Shown here: positions 35,576 to 46,800 of the stretch, piece after piece
Numbering within the stretch: position 1 is the first letter of the stretch
Layout: each line of letters starts with the position of its first letter
Source of the DNA: a virus
IMG/VR virus record: IMGVR_UViG_3300048599_000388
Span: 1 to 64,000 of that record
DNA: 64,000 nt
Strand: one strand, 5' to 3'
Notes under the pieces: generated by a model
What the model was told of the DNA's origin: nothing
Databases searched by the model: none
The model's input: only the letters and a program-made list of their open reading frames with translations
Program-made: the position numbers and the translations under genes

Positions 35576-35920
35576 CTAATCGCCAACAAATTGACTCATG
35601 TTGCCCAACACGATCTCTTTATTTACCCTATCTCTAACAGCAGAGCGATCATTTTGCACGTAAAAAAACGGGTAAACGTTGCGCCCCAGATCAATATGAG
35701 TCGTATTCACCTGATGAGAGGTATAATTATAAAATTTCGGAAACCCTTCGCCGTCAGGGTCAGAGATTGCCCCTGTTGAAAATACTGTATATACTCCCCA
35801 ATACCGGATTGCAACCTCTTGCGACTGTTCGTATTCCCCCCCGTATCCGTTTTCAACGAAATGAGGCAGTAGACAAATGCGACCGTAAAGATTGCCAAAC
35901 TGTTTATCCGTTACAGGCAT
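35576..35920 (-). CDS. Hypothetical structural protein
   Basis: Co-oriented ORF. Confidence 0.45.
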   Translation of the reverse strand: MPVTDKQFGNLYGRICLLPHFVENGYGGEYEQSQEVAIRYWGVYTVFSTGAISDPDGEGFPKFYNYTSHQVNTTHIDLGRNVYPFFYVQNDRSAVRDRVNKEIVLGNMSQFVGD

Positions 35921-37996
35921 TTAATGCGTCCATCCTACAAATTCTCCGCCAGTGGTAAACGTAGCTTGCGGGTAAACATTCCATACATCAATACACGGGC
36001 AAGCAGCCCCAAGAGTATATGTCCCTAAAGCTGTCAGCCAATGCCAATTGTTCCCTAGATATAACGTGTCGTTAGGATCTGAATCATTTTCTCTGTTCAG
36101 TATTTCATCCGTTTTCCGCCAAATATAAAGGGGTAGCGAGTGCACAACAACCACCCCAACCAGATCTCCCTCTTTAGCCTGAGCCACGCTCAACATCCAA
36201 GAATTAGGATTCTCTTGTTGTCCACATGCAGGATGTTCTAAAAAATAGTCCCTGATAACATCTGTTCCCGCTGCTGCCGAATCCGCAAAACCATTATGAT
36301 CATATGCGAGCACTTCCGGTCCATCGGAACTATCAGCCCATCGTGGATAAATAGGCCCTGGATGATACCCGGTCGCGGTCATATGAGGGACTTTGCCATC
36401 TGACATACTGCCCCAAAACCCGTGTAAATGAAACTGCATCGGCCAATTCATGTCAACATGAATCGCATAATACCAGTAGATGTAAATAGGGCCTGCAGGC
36501 CAATCCCACGCGTATACCCACATGCTTGGAGCTTCTGGCCCGTCTGTCATGGCTGGACCGCAATACGTATAATATACTACTCCCTCATTGCTATGTGGAT
36601 AAAGACAGAAACTGTCAAAAGCCAGCCTCACAATCCCGCCAGATACCTCAGAATCAACTTCCCAATAGCCATAATACTCGTAAAGCTGATAATGCATGTC
36701 ACCTTCAATTAGTCCAGGCACATCAACATTTGCCTCACGATAGCCTGTCTTGTATGCAACGGTGTGACTGTCTTTGAGAGTGTCCCCGTCTCCACCGATA
36801 ACACCTTCACTAGGATTCCCTAAATTTCTATTTTCCCCCCGTAATTTCCAAATAACCGAAAGTGTCGGAACCGCATGCAATAAATAAAAACCGTTATCCT
36901 CTTCACTATCTCCCGTAAACGTATTCCTCACACGATTGTTAGATTCATCAAAATCGACAAACCGTGAACCACTCGGGAAATTTACGGAGAATCGATAACC
37001 ATCGTCTGTCATGGGATGATTACAATCCCACGTGCCGGTTTTACGAGGAGTCGGCATCATAAAATCTTTTGGAGGAACAGACCAGATACCATAGTCTATT
37101 TCCTGAGACTCACTCGTCATAAATCGCCCGTAAAACCACCACCAACGGGGAATCAAAATGAGATCTATTTCGACATAAACTGAATCAATAACGACAGCAT
37201 GATCTCCGGTGAATTCTTCTGCATCATATCGCGGTTCAAGCGTCAATTTGAAGTTGTCTGAATCTGACGTGTCAAAGGGAGTCCAAAAAATATTTTCCAT
37301 GACATAATCGTACGTGCTGCTCGACAAAAAGGGCTCTTTATAAACGGCTTGTTGAGTTTGGACGGCCACATGATCCATGTGCATCAAATAGTGAGACTTA
37401 GCCGTTCTTTCGCGCACTTCTATATGTGCCAACGGCGGCGGATTTAACCATCGATACCCCATGCCTTCTGTCTGTGTGAATTCGCTCGGAAGTTCTCCTT
37501 TGATGATCTTGTAAGCAGAAATCGTGTCTAGCTCTGTCCCCTCAGTGTCTTTAAGCACAACCTCAATATTACTCTTCATTGTGCCAACAGGCATCACGTT
37601 GTCGTTCTCTAATAAATCGGTTGTTTCATAGCGCTCCAATGGCCTGCGGTCAAACGGATTGTCGCTTTCCCAAATTGCCTGAATTTGTTCAGCGGTAATT
37701 TCATTGCTATTCTGTTTGAACGTGACAGTGTGATTAAAGGCGTTGAGTAATGAGCTGGTGTGTGTGCTGTCATGAATTGGTGTCGCACCGCCTTTATACT
37801 CATCCATAACCACAAATCCCGAAGGATCGTCAGGGTCCCGTTTCGTACTCCCATCGAAAAACACGAAATCAATTGTCAAAATTGTTTCGTCCCGGGCACC
37901 CAACGGCTTGGTAGGCCAATCTGTCCATGCAGCTTGGCGCTTCGCCTCTTCTTCCACTCGCTTGCGCTCTCCTATTAGTTTGACATCCACTCTCAT
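35921..37996 (-). CDS. Large tail/baseplate protein (Trp/Tyr-rich)
   Basis: 691 aa; position in the tail module. Confidence 0.5.
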   Translation of the reverse strand: MRVDVKLIGERKRVEEEAKRQAAWTDWPTKPLGARDETILTIDFVFFDGSTKRDPDDPSGFVVMDEYKGGATPIHDSTHTSSLLNAFNHTVTFKQNSNEITAEQIQAIWESDNPFDRRPLERYETTDLLENDNVMPVGTMKSNIEVVLKDTEGTELDTISAYKIIKGELPSEFTQTEGMGYRWLNPPPLAHIEVRERTAKSHYLMHMDHVAVQTQQAVYKEPFLSSSTYDYVMENIFWTPFDTSDSDNFKLTLEPRYDAEEFTGDHAVVIDSVYVEIDLILIPRWWWFYGRFMTSESQEIDYGIWSVPPKDFMMPTPRKTGTWDCNHPMTDDGYRFSVNFPSGSRFVDFDESNNRVRNTFTGDSEEDNGFYLLHAVPTLSVIWKLRGENRNLGNPSEGVIGGDGDTLKDSHTVAYKTGYREANVDVPGLIEGDMHYQLYEYYGYWEVDSEVSGGIVRLAFDSFCLYPHSNEGVVYYTYCGPAMTDGPEAPSMWVYAWDWPAGPIYIYWYYAIHVDMNWPMQFHLHGFWGSMSDGKVPHMTATGYHPGPIYPRWADSSDGPEVLAYDHNGFADSAAAGTDVIRDYFLEHPACGQQENPNSWMLSVAQAKEGDLVGVVVVHSLPLYIWRKTDEILNRENDSDPNDTLYLGNNWHWLTALGTYTLGAACPCIDVWNVYPQATFTTGGEFVGWTH

Positions 37997-38544
37997 TCGA
38001 ATAGCTCCGGAACCAACGAATCCTCGAACTGTTGTGGTTCAAGAGAGTCAGAAAAACCGTCTTCAGGTGGAATGCTCGCCGTACACGTTGTTGTCGGATA
38101 ATAATATGATTGCCAAAATGCATGTTTTCCAAAACACGGACACCAAAAACCGTCTCCGAACAGCCGGCTAAAAAATGAATTCGGCAGGATTACCCCATCG
38201 TCATGAGCCAAAAACACTTGGAGATTAATTGTTTGCATCAAAAAACGGTCGTCTCCATGCTCAATGATGAAATCGATCACATGCTCTCCTGCTATCAGGT
38301 CCCCGAGGAACGCACACGCGTCCATTGCCGTCATAACGTACCGATAGGCGGAGTCAGGTTCGGAATGTGTTTTAATCCTCAACATGCCCTGAAAAAAGTC
38401 TTCGACATAGAGATAGCAGTTGCGCAACGTATCAACAGAATCATTAACGAACGTCAGTGAGAACGCAAATTCAGTCCCGACCACATAGAACGGAATCGCT
38501 GGAGAATTGTTCTGCGTATTATCGTATTTCCAGTAACCCATCAA
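37993..38544 (-). CDS. Tail/baseplate protein
   Basis: 4-nt overlaps on both sides. Confidence 0.45.
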   Translation of the reverse strand: MMGYWKYDNTQNNSPAIPFYVVGTEFAFSLTFVNDSVDTLRNCYLYVEDFFQGMLRIKTHSEPDSAYRYVMTAMDACAFLGDLIAGEHVIDFIIEHGDDRFLMQTINLQVFLAHDDGVILPNSFFSRLFGDGFWCPCFGKHAFWQSYYYPTTTCTASIPPEDGFSDSLEPQQFEDSLVPELFE

Positions 38545-40481
38545 TCATTCTCCACGGTAATCCCGTTGGCCTCTAAATAATTGAGATAATTTTGGTTCAC
38601 ATTGCCAATCCGAATGATCAGGCTACCGTCACGCTCCTGCACATTACCCGACAATTTTGGAGATACGTTGTCCAACTCAACGCCCACGTGCATAGAAATC
38701 CTGGTTTGACTTGTAGAATCACCTATTGCCCCTGTCCGCTGGTCAGGAGTATAAATATATGTTCTCGGAACAACTTGAAAATAACGCGGGTCGTCACACG
38801 TGACCATCACAGCAGATTCTCCATCTGTGACTCGATCCTCTTCACTGAGCATATTGCCACAAGTTGTGATTGTCTCGTAATGATTATACCAATGTTCATT
38901 TGTGGCATGAACAGATGAATTAGCAAACTCAAAGTCATATCCCTGATATTGGATAACTCCGGTCAATTTGTCTTCCGGAACACAAAAAATAATAGGGTAT
39001 TTATCCCCAGTCCCGGAATTTTCAATAGCATCCCATCCGCCAATTGTCCGAGACGCTGGCGCCTGATCTCCTCCCCAATTTCTCTCTAATAATGCAGCGT
39101 CTGAATAATCGATAACGTTTTCAAAACCAGCACCTCGTTTTACGTAAACATCTGCAGAGCTTGCATTGTCCACCCCAACCGCCAACACGAAATAGACGCC
39201 TAATGCATCCCAACGGTACAACGTTATCCCATCGCATTTCAAGCTCTGCCCAGTCGAATGGATCACACCGGTCGGCTCCATCGTTGAAGGATCAATCTCC
39301 CGAATCAATTTACTGATGCTTGAATCAATCACAATGGTGACGCGCGGAGGTGTCCCGGTCTGCCAATTTGTAAATGTGATGTGATATGGCTCGCTCGTTT
39401 GAGACAGCGCAGTATCAGTATCATAACCCATAAACCACTGATCAAAAGGAGTTAACGCGTTCCTTTGGTCGAGCCGCACAAGCGGACGAACTGAAAACCG
39501 ACAACCCTCTTGCACCTGCCCCGTTACATTGTAAATATGCCAGCTCGGAATTTTATCAGGAACCATATTTAGTAGAGTGGGCAGCCATCCACTATTGTAA
39601 TTCATTGAATAAAATGCTCTATACGGTTGCAATTCCCATGGTGCTAGCGGTATATAAAAACTCGAGTGTCCGTTGATACTTCCGAAATCACCCAGTTCAG
39701 ACGCTGAATTAACGTATTCATACCCGACAGAAATTATCGTTTTACAGTTAATACTTGGATTGTTGAACGTGATAGATAACCCAGGAATGACGTGTTTATT
39801 CGCATTACCTGGAGATAAATCTACTAATACTGGATTGTTCTCGCTCCTCAAATACGGGTGCCCTATCGTTCCATATGCATGGTCATAATTCATAAGAGGC
39901 ACATCAGAATCACTAACCCAGTATGTTTTAATGTTGGCATACGGTTTAATGGTGACATATACACTCACGTTCGGATTCTCAGTCCCACTCACTGGTTCTA
40001 TGACAAATAGCCCCGGCAAAACATCGGTATATCCAGAGTTGCCGATTTGAATTCGACCTGCAGATTCTACAAAATTACCCTTCACATTCTGGAACACAGT
40101 ATTGCCCGCATGGCGGTGTTTATAGAATTCTGTCCTGCCAGTATGAGAATATAACGTTGAACCATCAAAAGTCCCAAGATTAATCCATGGATCGTGAGAC
40201 AGGACCACGTCTAATCCAGCCCCAAAATATATAGTATTCAATCGTTGCGAAGAGGTGAGACCGTGTGCAAAATGGAGCCGCGGAATGCTGCCAATGTGCA
40301 AAGTTTTGTCTATCAGTGAACTCGCCTCATCAAAACTCCTCACGACTGTCAAATTAGTATTATAATTCGGCTCTGATGGGGTAAATAATGGATAATCAAA
40401 AAGACTCTCTTTTGCCAGCCAAAAACCACGACCGCCAATGGATCCAAAACCGAGACTGTCCGCACCATAACCCCATGTCAT
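38541..40481 (-). CDS. Large tail/baseplate protein
   Basis: 646 aa; position. Confidence 0.5.
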   Translation of the reverse strand: MTWGYGADSLGFGSIGGRGFWLAKESLFDYPLFTPSEPNYNTNLTVVRSFDEASSLIDKTLHIGSIPRLHFAHGLTSSQRLNTIYFGAGLDVVLSHDPWINLGTFDGSTLYSHTGRTEFYKHRHAGNTVFQNVKGNFVESAGRIQIGNSGYTDVLPGLFVIEPVSGTENPNVSVYVTIKPYANIKTYWVSDSDVPLMNYDHAYGTIGHPYLRSENNPVLVDLSPGNANKHVIPGLSITFNNPSINCKTIISVGYEYVNSASELGDFGSINGHSSFYIPLAPWELQPYRAFYSMNYNSGWLPTLLNMVPDKIPSWHIYNVTGQVQEGCRFSVRPLVRLDQRNALTPFDQWFMGYDTDTALSQTSEPYHITFTNWQTGTPPRVTIVIDSSISKLIREIDPSTMEPTGVIHSTGQSLKCDGITLYRWDALGVYFVLAVGVDNASSADVYVKRGAGFENVIDYSDAALLERNWGGDQAPASRTIGGWDAIENSGTGDKYPIIFCVPEDKLTGVIQYQGYDFEFANSSVHATNEHWYNHYETITTCGNMLSEEDRVTDGESAVMVTCDDPRYFQVVPRTYIYTPDQRTGAIGDSTSQTRISMHVGVELDNVSPKLSGNVQERDGSLIIRIGNVNQNYLNYLEANGITVEND

Positions 40482-41206
40482 GAGACGGCCCCTATATTGA
40501 CTGAGGCCATGGTCATCGTAAAAATCATCATATTGTAGCTCGCATCTGCAGACGCAGGAACAGCTAACCTCAACTCAACATCACACTCTCCGTTTGGAGC
40601 AAAATAACCGTCTACTCCATTCGCGTCCATAAGTGATAATGGCTGCGAAAGATCGGTTGTCCATGCCCCGTCAACATCAACCAATTTCGCTTGGAGCATA
40701 TAGGGCCCATCGTTGCTCCAAGACAACTCACACATTGCTTTTTCTGTATCGCCCACATTTTTTACGGTCATGTATATTATGTCGCTAAAATCTCCAGGAA
40801 TAACAATGCCAAACGCTTGAGACGCGTCCCACCTACTGTTGTCGTCATTCCAAACATACCCGTATGCAATGTCAAATTGATCGCCAACTGATAATGATTG
40901 ATGGAGCTCAATGTCAAGTCCATACATAATGTCGTTTGTAGTCTCTCCCATTGTAACGGTGACACCTGACTCATTAATACTCGGATGTTTTGAATCGTCC
41001 GCATTAATCGTCTTGACCACTATCGTGGCGTCACTGCCAGACACGCCAGTAACAGTACACCGCAACACCCCAGGGGTTCCATAATCAGTTGATGTAACGG
41101 AAACAACCGGAATTCCAATGCGATTACGATAATTGAAAACCGACGCCTCTTGGAAAACCGATGAATCCTTTTTGTAATATATTTCCCAGTCTGCGTTGAG
41201 TCCCAT
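40478..41206 (-). CDS. Tail/baseplate protein
   Basis: Translationally coupled. Confidence 0.45.
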   Translation of the reverse strand: MGLNADWEIYYKKDSSVFQEASVFNYRNRIGIPVVSVTSTDYGTPGVLRCTVTGVSGSDATIVVKTINADDSKHPSINESGVTVTMGETTNDIMYGLDIELHQSLSVGDQFDIAYGYVWNDDNSRWDASQAFGIVIPGDFSDIIYMTVKNVGDTEKAMCELSWSNDGPYMLQAKLVDVDGAWTTDLSQPLSLMDANGVDGYFAPNGECDVELRLAVPASADASYNMMIFTMTMASVNIGAVS

Positions 41207-43395
41207 TATAATCTCCGCAGTTTTACGTTGGAAAAAACGTCATTGTCTGCATGAGTCGATCCTGAACGGAATCCCCATTCTGCAGATTCCAAGAAAAAGT
41301 TACGTCGTGATTCCCCGTTCTCGCTCAAATCGACCACCTTCTTACCATCATCGACCACTTTCTTACCATCAGAACCACCACCAGCGATAGCACTATTTTT
41401 TTCAACCTGCGGCAAATCCACGGCACCAACGACACCCACCATTGTCGGCATGAATAAACAATGCATGCTCAGAGACACATCCGATCCGGTCCCGTCAGAA
41501 CGCGCAAAAATACGGTCCGCAATATCCTGAGCGGTCAGGTCATCCACACAATCAGGAACGTCTACCTCGACCACGTTCCGAACCATTGTAACCTCTGGCC
41601 TCGAAATCACTTTAATGAACTGATTTTCTGGAATGTCCCAATTTTTCCGCGGGTCAGTGATCACTTGGCTTTGCACATGCATCGTCTCAGAAACATTGTC
41701 CCATTCAGCCTCAATTTGTCTAAGCAACCCAGGGGTCACTCTGTGCAGTTTCGCCTGTTTCATTTTCGACGTCATTTCGATCAATTTTTGTCGAGTATTT
41801 GGCCTTTTTTCCACTCTGTTTTGTGTCTGTGCTTGGATTAAACGGACAGCACCAGAATAATACGTGTTTCCAGATGCAGGTGTGACTTCGGTCACAACGA
41901 CCGGTTCCTCTGTGATTTCTGTTGTGTTCGCTCGTTGCATGCCGTCAATCAATATGGATTGGTCAATGATGCGGGTTAGCACCGTCCGGAATTTTTTATA
42001 TGGGATGCCCGGCTCTTGAACCAGCATTCCCTCACTCTCAAACGACCGAATTACCTGATAACCCTCACCATACTGGTGAGACACAGAAATAGAGTGAATT
42101 AATTCGTTACCAGAATACGTTTCAGTTTTTTCTCCAATCAGAACCAGCTTGCTCGGGTCAAATTCGTCCTGATAGTATTTCTCGGTTTTCCAAACGGACT
42201 CGGGGCGTTTTTGTGGGGGGGCGTCTTCTTCATTAAATCCACCCGTATAGTCACCCATCGTTTTTGCTCCCATGCCGGCAGAAAACGACTCCATATGAGA
42301 AAAGATCAACACCTGTCTTGGATCTAACTCCAGCGGCTCGAGCCTTACAGCTTCAAGGTTCCCAGGGTCTGGGGTCTCGTTTGTCGAAAGGATTTTTCCG
42401 CCTTTGATAATTACCTGATCGACCGATTTATCAAAATCCGCTGTCCTGGTCAACGAACCAGAAATGATGTTAGCGAGCGGGCTGAATCTAATTTTTTGAG
42501 GCCCGCTCTTTTTATCTTTAGACGCATAGTCAATAATGTCTAAATCACACACTGGGTAATCATCGTCACTCTCGCCGTCCTCATTCACAACTACAGGCCG
42601 TAATATAATGGTTGGTTCCCAGACGTCTGTCAGTTTTTTCAACGTCTCCATAAAAGTCTTGCCAATATCAATTTTTAATGAACGGTTCAGCGCCAAGTTG
42701 GGAGTATTAATCCGAACCGTTCTCACCCCCAAATACATCGTAGCAATAAGCCTTACAATCTCGTGATGGTTATAGCAAAACCACACCTGAACATCAGTCA
42801 CCGGGATATCGACAGACGGCAGGTCCGGATGGTCAATGCGTTGTTTGCGCACCTTTCCTGACCGTTTTCGTTGAACCCAATACGGCACGCCGTCAATTAA
42901 TTGCCATCGACGGCCACGGCTCAATTTAGTTAGAAAAAAAGGACTAATAAGACAAATGTGTTTTTCGGCCTTTCGTTCATACACAGCCTTTAAATTAGAA
43001 ACAGTATAGCCAATTCCCCGCTCTGATTGATCATCATATTGTAAATCTGTCGTTGTCTCTGTAAGCGATTTTCCTGCTAACAAATTAATAGGATTGGCAA
43101 CCGTTTGGCCCTGGTAGGGTCTATATTTGATTGTAAATTCTGTCTGCTCACTATTCCCGGTATTAATTGCCTTCACTGGAGCGGCAAAACCTAAAGAAAA
43201 TTGTTCCTTTTCTTCTCCGTGACTCAACGATGTAGAAAAATCGGTCAGTTCCAAAAAGTGTTTACTGTCTTTGTGATACGTGAGGAATCCAGAAACCCCA
43301 CCATTTATGGCAAAATCCCATAGATAACCATAACTCCTGGTCTGATCGAGGTTGGTCCCTCCAGAAGATGCACTATGGGTTAGTTTGATGGGCAT
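41206..43395 (-). CDS. Tail tip / hub-like protein
   Basis: 729 aa; second gene after the tape measure. Confidence 0.5.
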   Translation of the reverse strand: MPIKLTHSASSGGTNLDQTRSYGYLWDFAINGGVSGFLTYHKDSKHFLELTDFSTSLSHGEEKEQFSLGFAAPVKAINTGNSEQTEFTIKYRPYQGQTVANPINLLAGKSLTETTTDLQYDDQSERGIGYTVSNLKAVYERKAEKHICLISPFFLTKLSRGRRWQLIDGVPYWVQRKRSGKVRKQRIDHPDLPSVDIPVTDVQVWFCYNHHEIVRLIATMYLGVRTVRINTPNLALNRSLKIDIGKTFMETLKKLTDVWEPTIILRPVVVNEDGESDDDYPVCDLDIIDYASKDKKSGPQKIRFSPLANIISGSLTRTADFDKSVDQVIIKGGKILSTNETPDPGNLEAVRLEPLELDPRQVLIFSHMESFSAGMGAKTMGDYTGGFNEEDAPPQKRPESVWKTEKYYQDEFDPSKLVLIGEKTETYSGNELIHSISVSHQYGEGYQVIRSFESEGMLVQEPGIPYKKFRTVLTRIIDQSILIDGMQRANTTEITEEPVVVTEVTPASGNTYYSGAVRLIQAQTQNRVEKRPNTRQKLIEMTSKMKQAKLHRVTPGLLRQIEAEWDNVSETMHVQSQVITDPRKNWDIPENQFIKVISRPEVTMVRNVVEVDVPDCVDDLTAQDIADRIFARSDGTGSDVSLSMHCLFMPTMVGVVGAVDLPQVEKNSAIAGGGSDGKKVVDDGKKVVDLSENGESRRNFFLESAEWGFRSGSTHADNDVFSNVKLRRL

Positions 43396-43414
43396 ACAGC
43401 ACCACTATTCCTAT

Positions 43415-43855
43415 TCATGTCCAAGACGCAAAAACTTCATCTAACGCAGAAGCGGGCACCACTAATCGCAGCTCGCCGTTATAAAGATCCAGAGGGGTCC
43501 CTTTGATTCGAGCGTGACTCATAAAGTCCTTTGACACGACAGGACTCGCTTTAAAACCATCAGCAATCGGGACACAGCCCAGAAGAGACGGACCCAGCTC
43601 AATACACGGAATAATCGTGATCGCTGTGAGATCCAAAAACAGGCTGCGCATTTGAGCGACTTGCTTCCCTGTTGCCCAAAAAAATTCAAAAGTATGTTCT
43701 TGATCTGTCGAACCAGTAATACTCGAAAATTTCATTCGAGACACAACAATAGCACCACTCAATGTCGTCTTTTTTGCAGACATGCCCACGTCTTGGAATT
43801 GAGTCACCCAATATAAATCGTCATCCAGAATCACAGTCCCGACCAGTGCAGACAT
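43415..43855 (-). CDS. Minor (distal) tail protein
   Basis: Starts at the tape-measure stop (1-nt overlap). Confidence 0.5.
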   Translation of the reverse strand: MSALVGTVILDDDLYWVTQFQDVGMSAKKTTLSGAIVVSRMKFSSITGSTDQEHTFEFFWATGKQVAQMRSLFLDLTAITIIPCIELGPSLLGCVPIADGFKASPVVSKDFMSHARIKGTPLDLYNGELRLVVPASALDEVFASWT

Positions 43856-46800
43856 TATACGATCCTCCGGACACTGCCAAGCGTTCCGCCCTTATCGTCT
43901 TTTAAAACAACCTCGAGTAACACGCCTTTCCCAAACGCAGTCTTGATGCCCTCTTCCGCAAGCGTTTTAAATTCGGCGCCAGTCTCAGAAATTGCCGTTT
44001 TGAATTGCTCGAGGAAACTATCGAATTGACGCGTCTGGGTAGTATCAGAAGATGCGCCTCCCGTTTGTTTCAAATACGCATCAACCGGCGCCTTCGCCTG
44101 CTGATATGCCCGGGACAACATGGAGTCAATGTTTTCCTGTATAGCGCCAAAGTCGAACGTGTCAGTGCCGAAAAGCGATTTTAATGCACTATTCAGCTTA
44201 GCATCAGTTTGTTGACCCGCATCTGTGCTATATCCTGCACGTTCTTTCCTGTCCAGATTACCAGTATAGGACTCCAGATATTTCAATTGCGCCATGCGTT
44301 CTTTCATCACATTGCTTTCTGCCTGTGATTTAGCTAGAAGGGTATCTGTCTGTCCTAAAAGTTTAGCGACCTCTGGAGAATTAGAGAGCGCTTGTGCTGC
44401 TGTTTGTATCCCAGGAGTCCCCGCCTGTGCCCCTTGATATGCTCCGCCAAAAGGTCCACCAAACCCTTGTTGCCCGTTTAGCGGAACACCTGTCCCTGGT
44501 GCGCCAAATTGCTGTTTCATAAAATCAATCATTGACTGAACACTAGGAGGCTCAATGTTTACACCTTTACCACCATTCACGCGTTCATTATTCTGTTGAA
44601 TCATTGTTTGAAATTGACGAGACAATATTTCCAACAGATTTGCATTAATTGCAAGCTGTTTAGTATTAGCAGCTAAAAGCGTTTCTTGCGCCGTCTTCAC
44701 GGTCACGCTTGCCTTGCCAATATTGTCTTGGATGCCCTGATTTAATTGGACCGCAAATTCTAACCCCGCTTTTTTTGCCGATTCTTCCAGTCCGGCAGCG
44801 GCCGCAACCAAACCAATAGCCTTGTTGCTCACTTCCTGCTGGCTCAATCCCGCGCCTTCCGGCACCTTGTCCAATTTAGCCGCTTCACCTTTAGCTTTCG
44901 CTGCTGCATCGGCCGCTTCCTTGAACTTGCCCTGGCCCATCAACGCCTGAGCCTCATTCATCAGTTTGTTTACATACTCAAGATCCGATTTCCAGGCTGC
45001 AACCGGTGACATCGTTTTTTTGGCCATGTCGCGCAGCAGCTCTTGATTCGTCTTGAACGTGTTGACTAAATCATTCTTCAGCCCATTAACGTCTTGTGCC
45101 AATCCTTTAAATTCGTCACGTGCTTTTTTTGCCAGTTCCATAGCCTTTTCGGGCATGGTTGGCAATAGCGCATTTGCCGCCTGTAAATTCTGGACCGCCA
45201 ACGCATAATTCACTTTGACGCGCTCAATATCACCAATACTCTTCTGCCAGACATCTGACTGCGCACGCTGAGCAGCAACCGCCTCCTCTCTAATCTGTTG
45301 CTCGAGTTCCTTACGCTGTTTCAATATGCTGGCAACAACATCCTGCTGCTTTTTTATCTCTGTGACAATGCCGTCTTGTAGTTTTTGCTCGTCCTGTAGC
45401 GATTTGTCTCTAAACGCCTTTTCTGTTTCGCTCCTTTTTTTATTCAGCTCCATCTTCGCTTTTTCGTCAGTTGCCGCCTTGGCCAGTTCAGCGTCAATGA
45501 ACGAAAGCGCCGCCACATGTTCGTCTTCACGAAGTTTTTTCAATTCCGCATATTGCGCTCGTGTGTTTTGTATCCTATCTAAAGCTGCGCTTGATTCCAC
45601 TCGCGCAATCTCCGTTGCCGCCACTTTCTCCGATGCGGACGTTGCCTCTATCTCGTTTTTGAGATTACCAAGACGGATATCAGCAATATTGTTGAGAGAG
45701 GAATAGAAATATTCTGTAGATTTTGCGACTGTATCAAGGGTGTCTTTTGCAACCTTGAGTTTGTCATCAAGGCCAACAACGCTCTTAGCTGCATCTGTGA
45801 AAAGGTTGTTTATGCCTATCTGGACATTTGCAATCTTTTCTTGTTCTTTACCAACCGCAGCAACAGCCGCTTTTTGATTCAATCGACTATTAATCTCGGT
45901 CTGTATTAAATCAATATTCTGGCGAGCCAAAGATACCGATTCTTCAAGCTGTTTTGTTTGTGCAGACTTTCCCCCAAGAATCGATTGTGCGTCTTTTTCT
46001 CGAGCCTGCGTCAACTGCTCATTAACACCCACGAAATCAACGACAGCCTGTTTGCGTTTCGCTACCAAGTCTACATATGGATCGGTTGTCAGTGCTGCAG
46101 ATCCAACGCCTTTAATCTGTTTCGATGGGTCAAAGCCTTCAGCGACAGCACGCCTTAAATCAGCCTGTGACCGTTTCAGAGTCTCTGCTTGAACAGCAGC
46201 CGCTTCCGCCCGGTCACTCAGTATCTTATACCCGCCCGCAACGGCGCCGACAATTGCTGCAACCGCCGCGGCTATAATAGCAACGGGTCCGGATGCAAAT
46301 GCTGCGATAGCTGTGCCTGCCGTACCAAGAACAGAAACAACCGAACCAATTGCCGCCGTCAATGCGGTCCATGAGGGGATAATCGCAGCAACAGATGATC
46401 CAAGAGACAGGAGACTACTACCCGCAAGAACGGATCCAAATGTCTTAGCTGCATATGTCAATCCCGCAAGCCCAAGAGTCACCGTGCCGGCTGCAGTAAC
46501 AAACAGGCCGAAGCTTGCTACAATTGCCGTAATCGCCTGTGTTATGATCGGATGGGCTTTTGAAAATTCTGATACGCCGCGGAGAAATGCTGATACCTGA
46601 TCAAGTGCCCCTTTTAGTGATTCCAGAAACGGACCAGCCAAAGCGATTGCAACCTCACCTAAGGCACTTGTAAAGTTCTTCCAAGCTGGCCCAAGCCCTT
46701 TGTTGATAATACTGACAACCTTATCGAGACTGCCCTTTGCGTTTTCGTTTTCAACGGTCAATTTCTTAATCGCATCGATATTTTTGGTCGCTGTAATAGC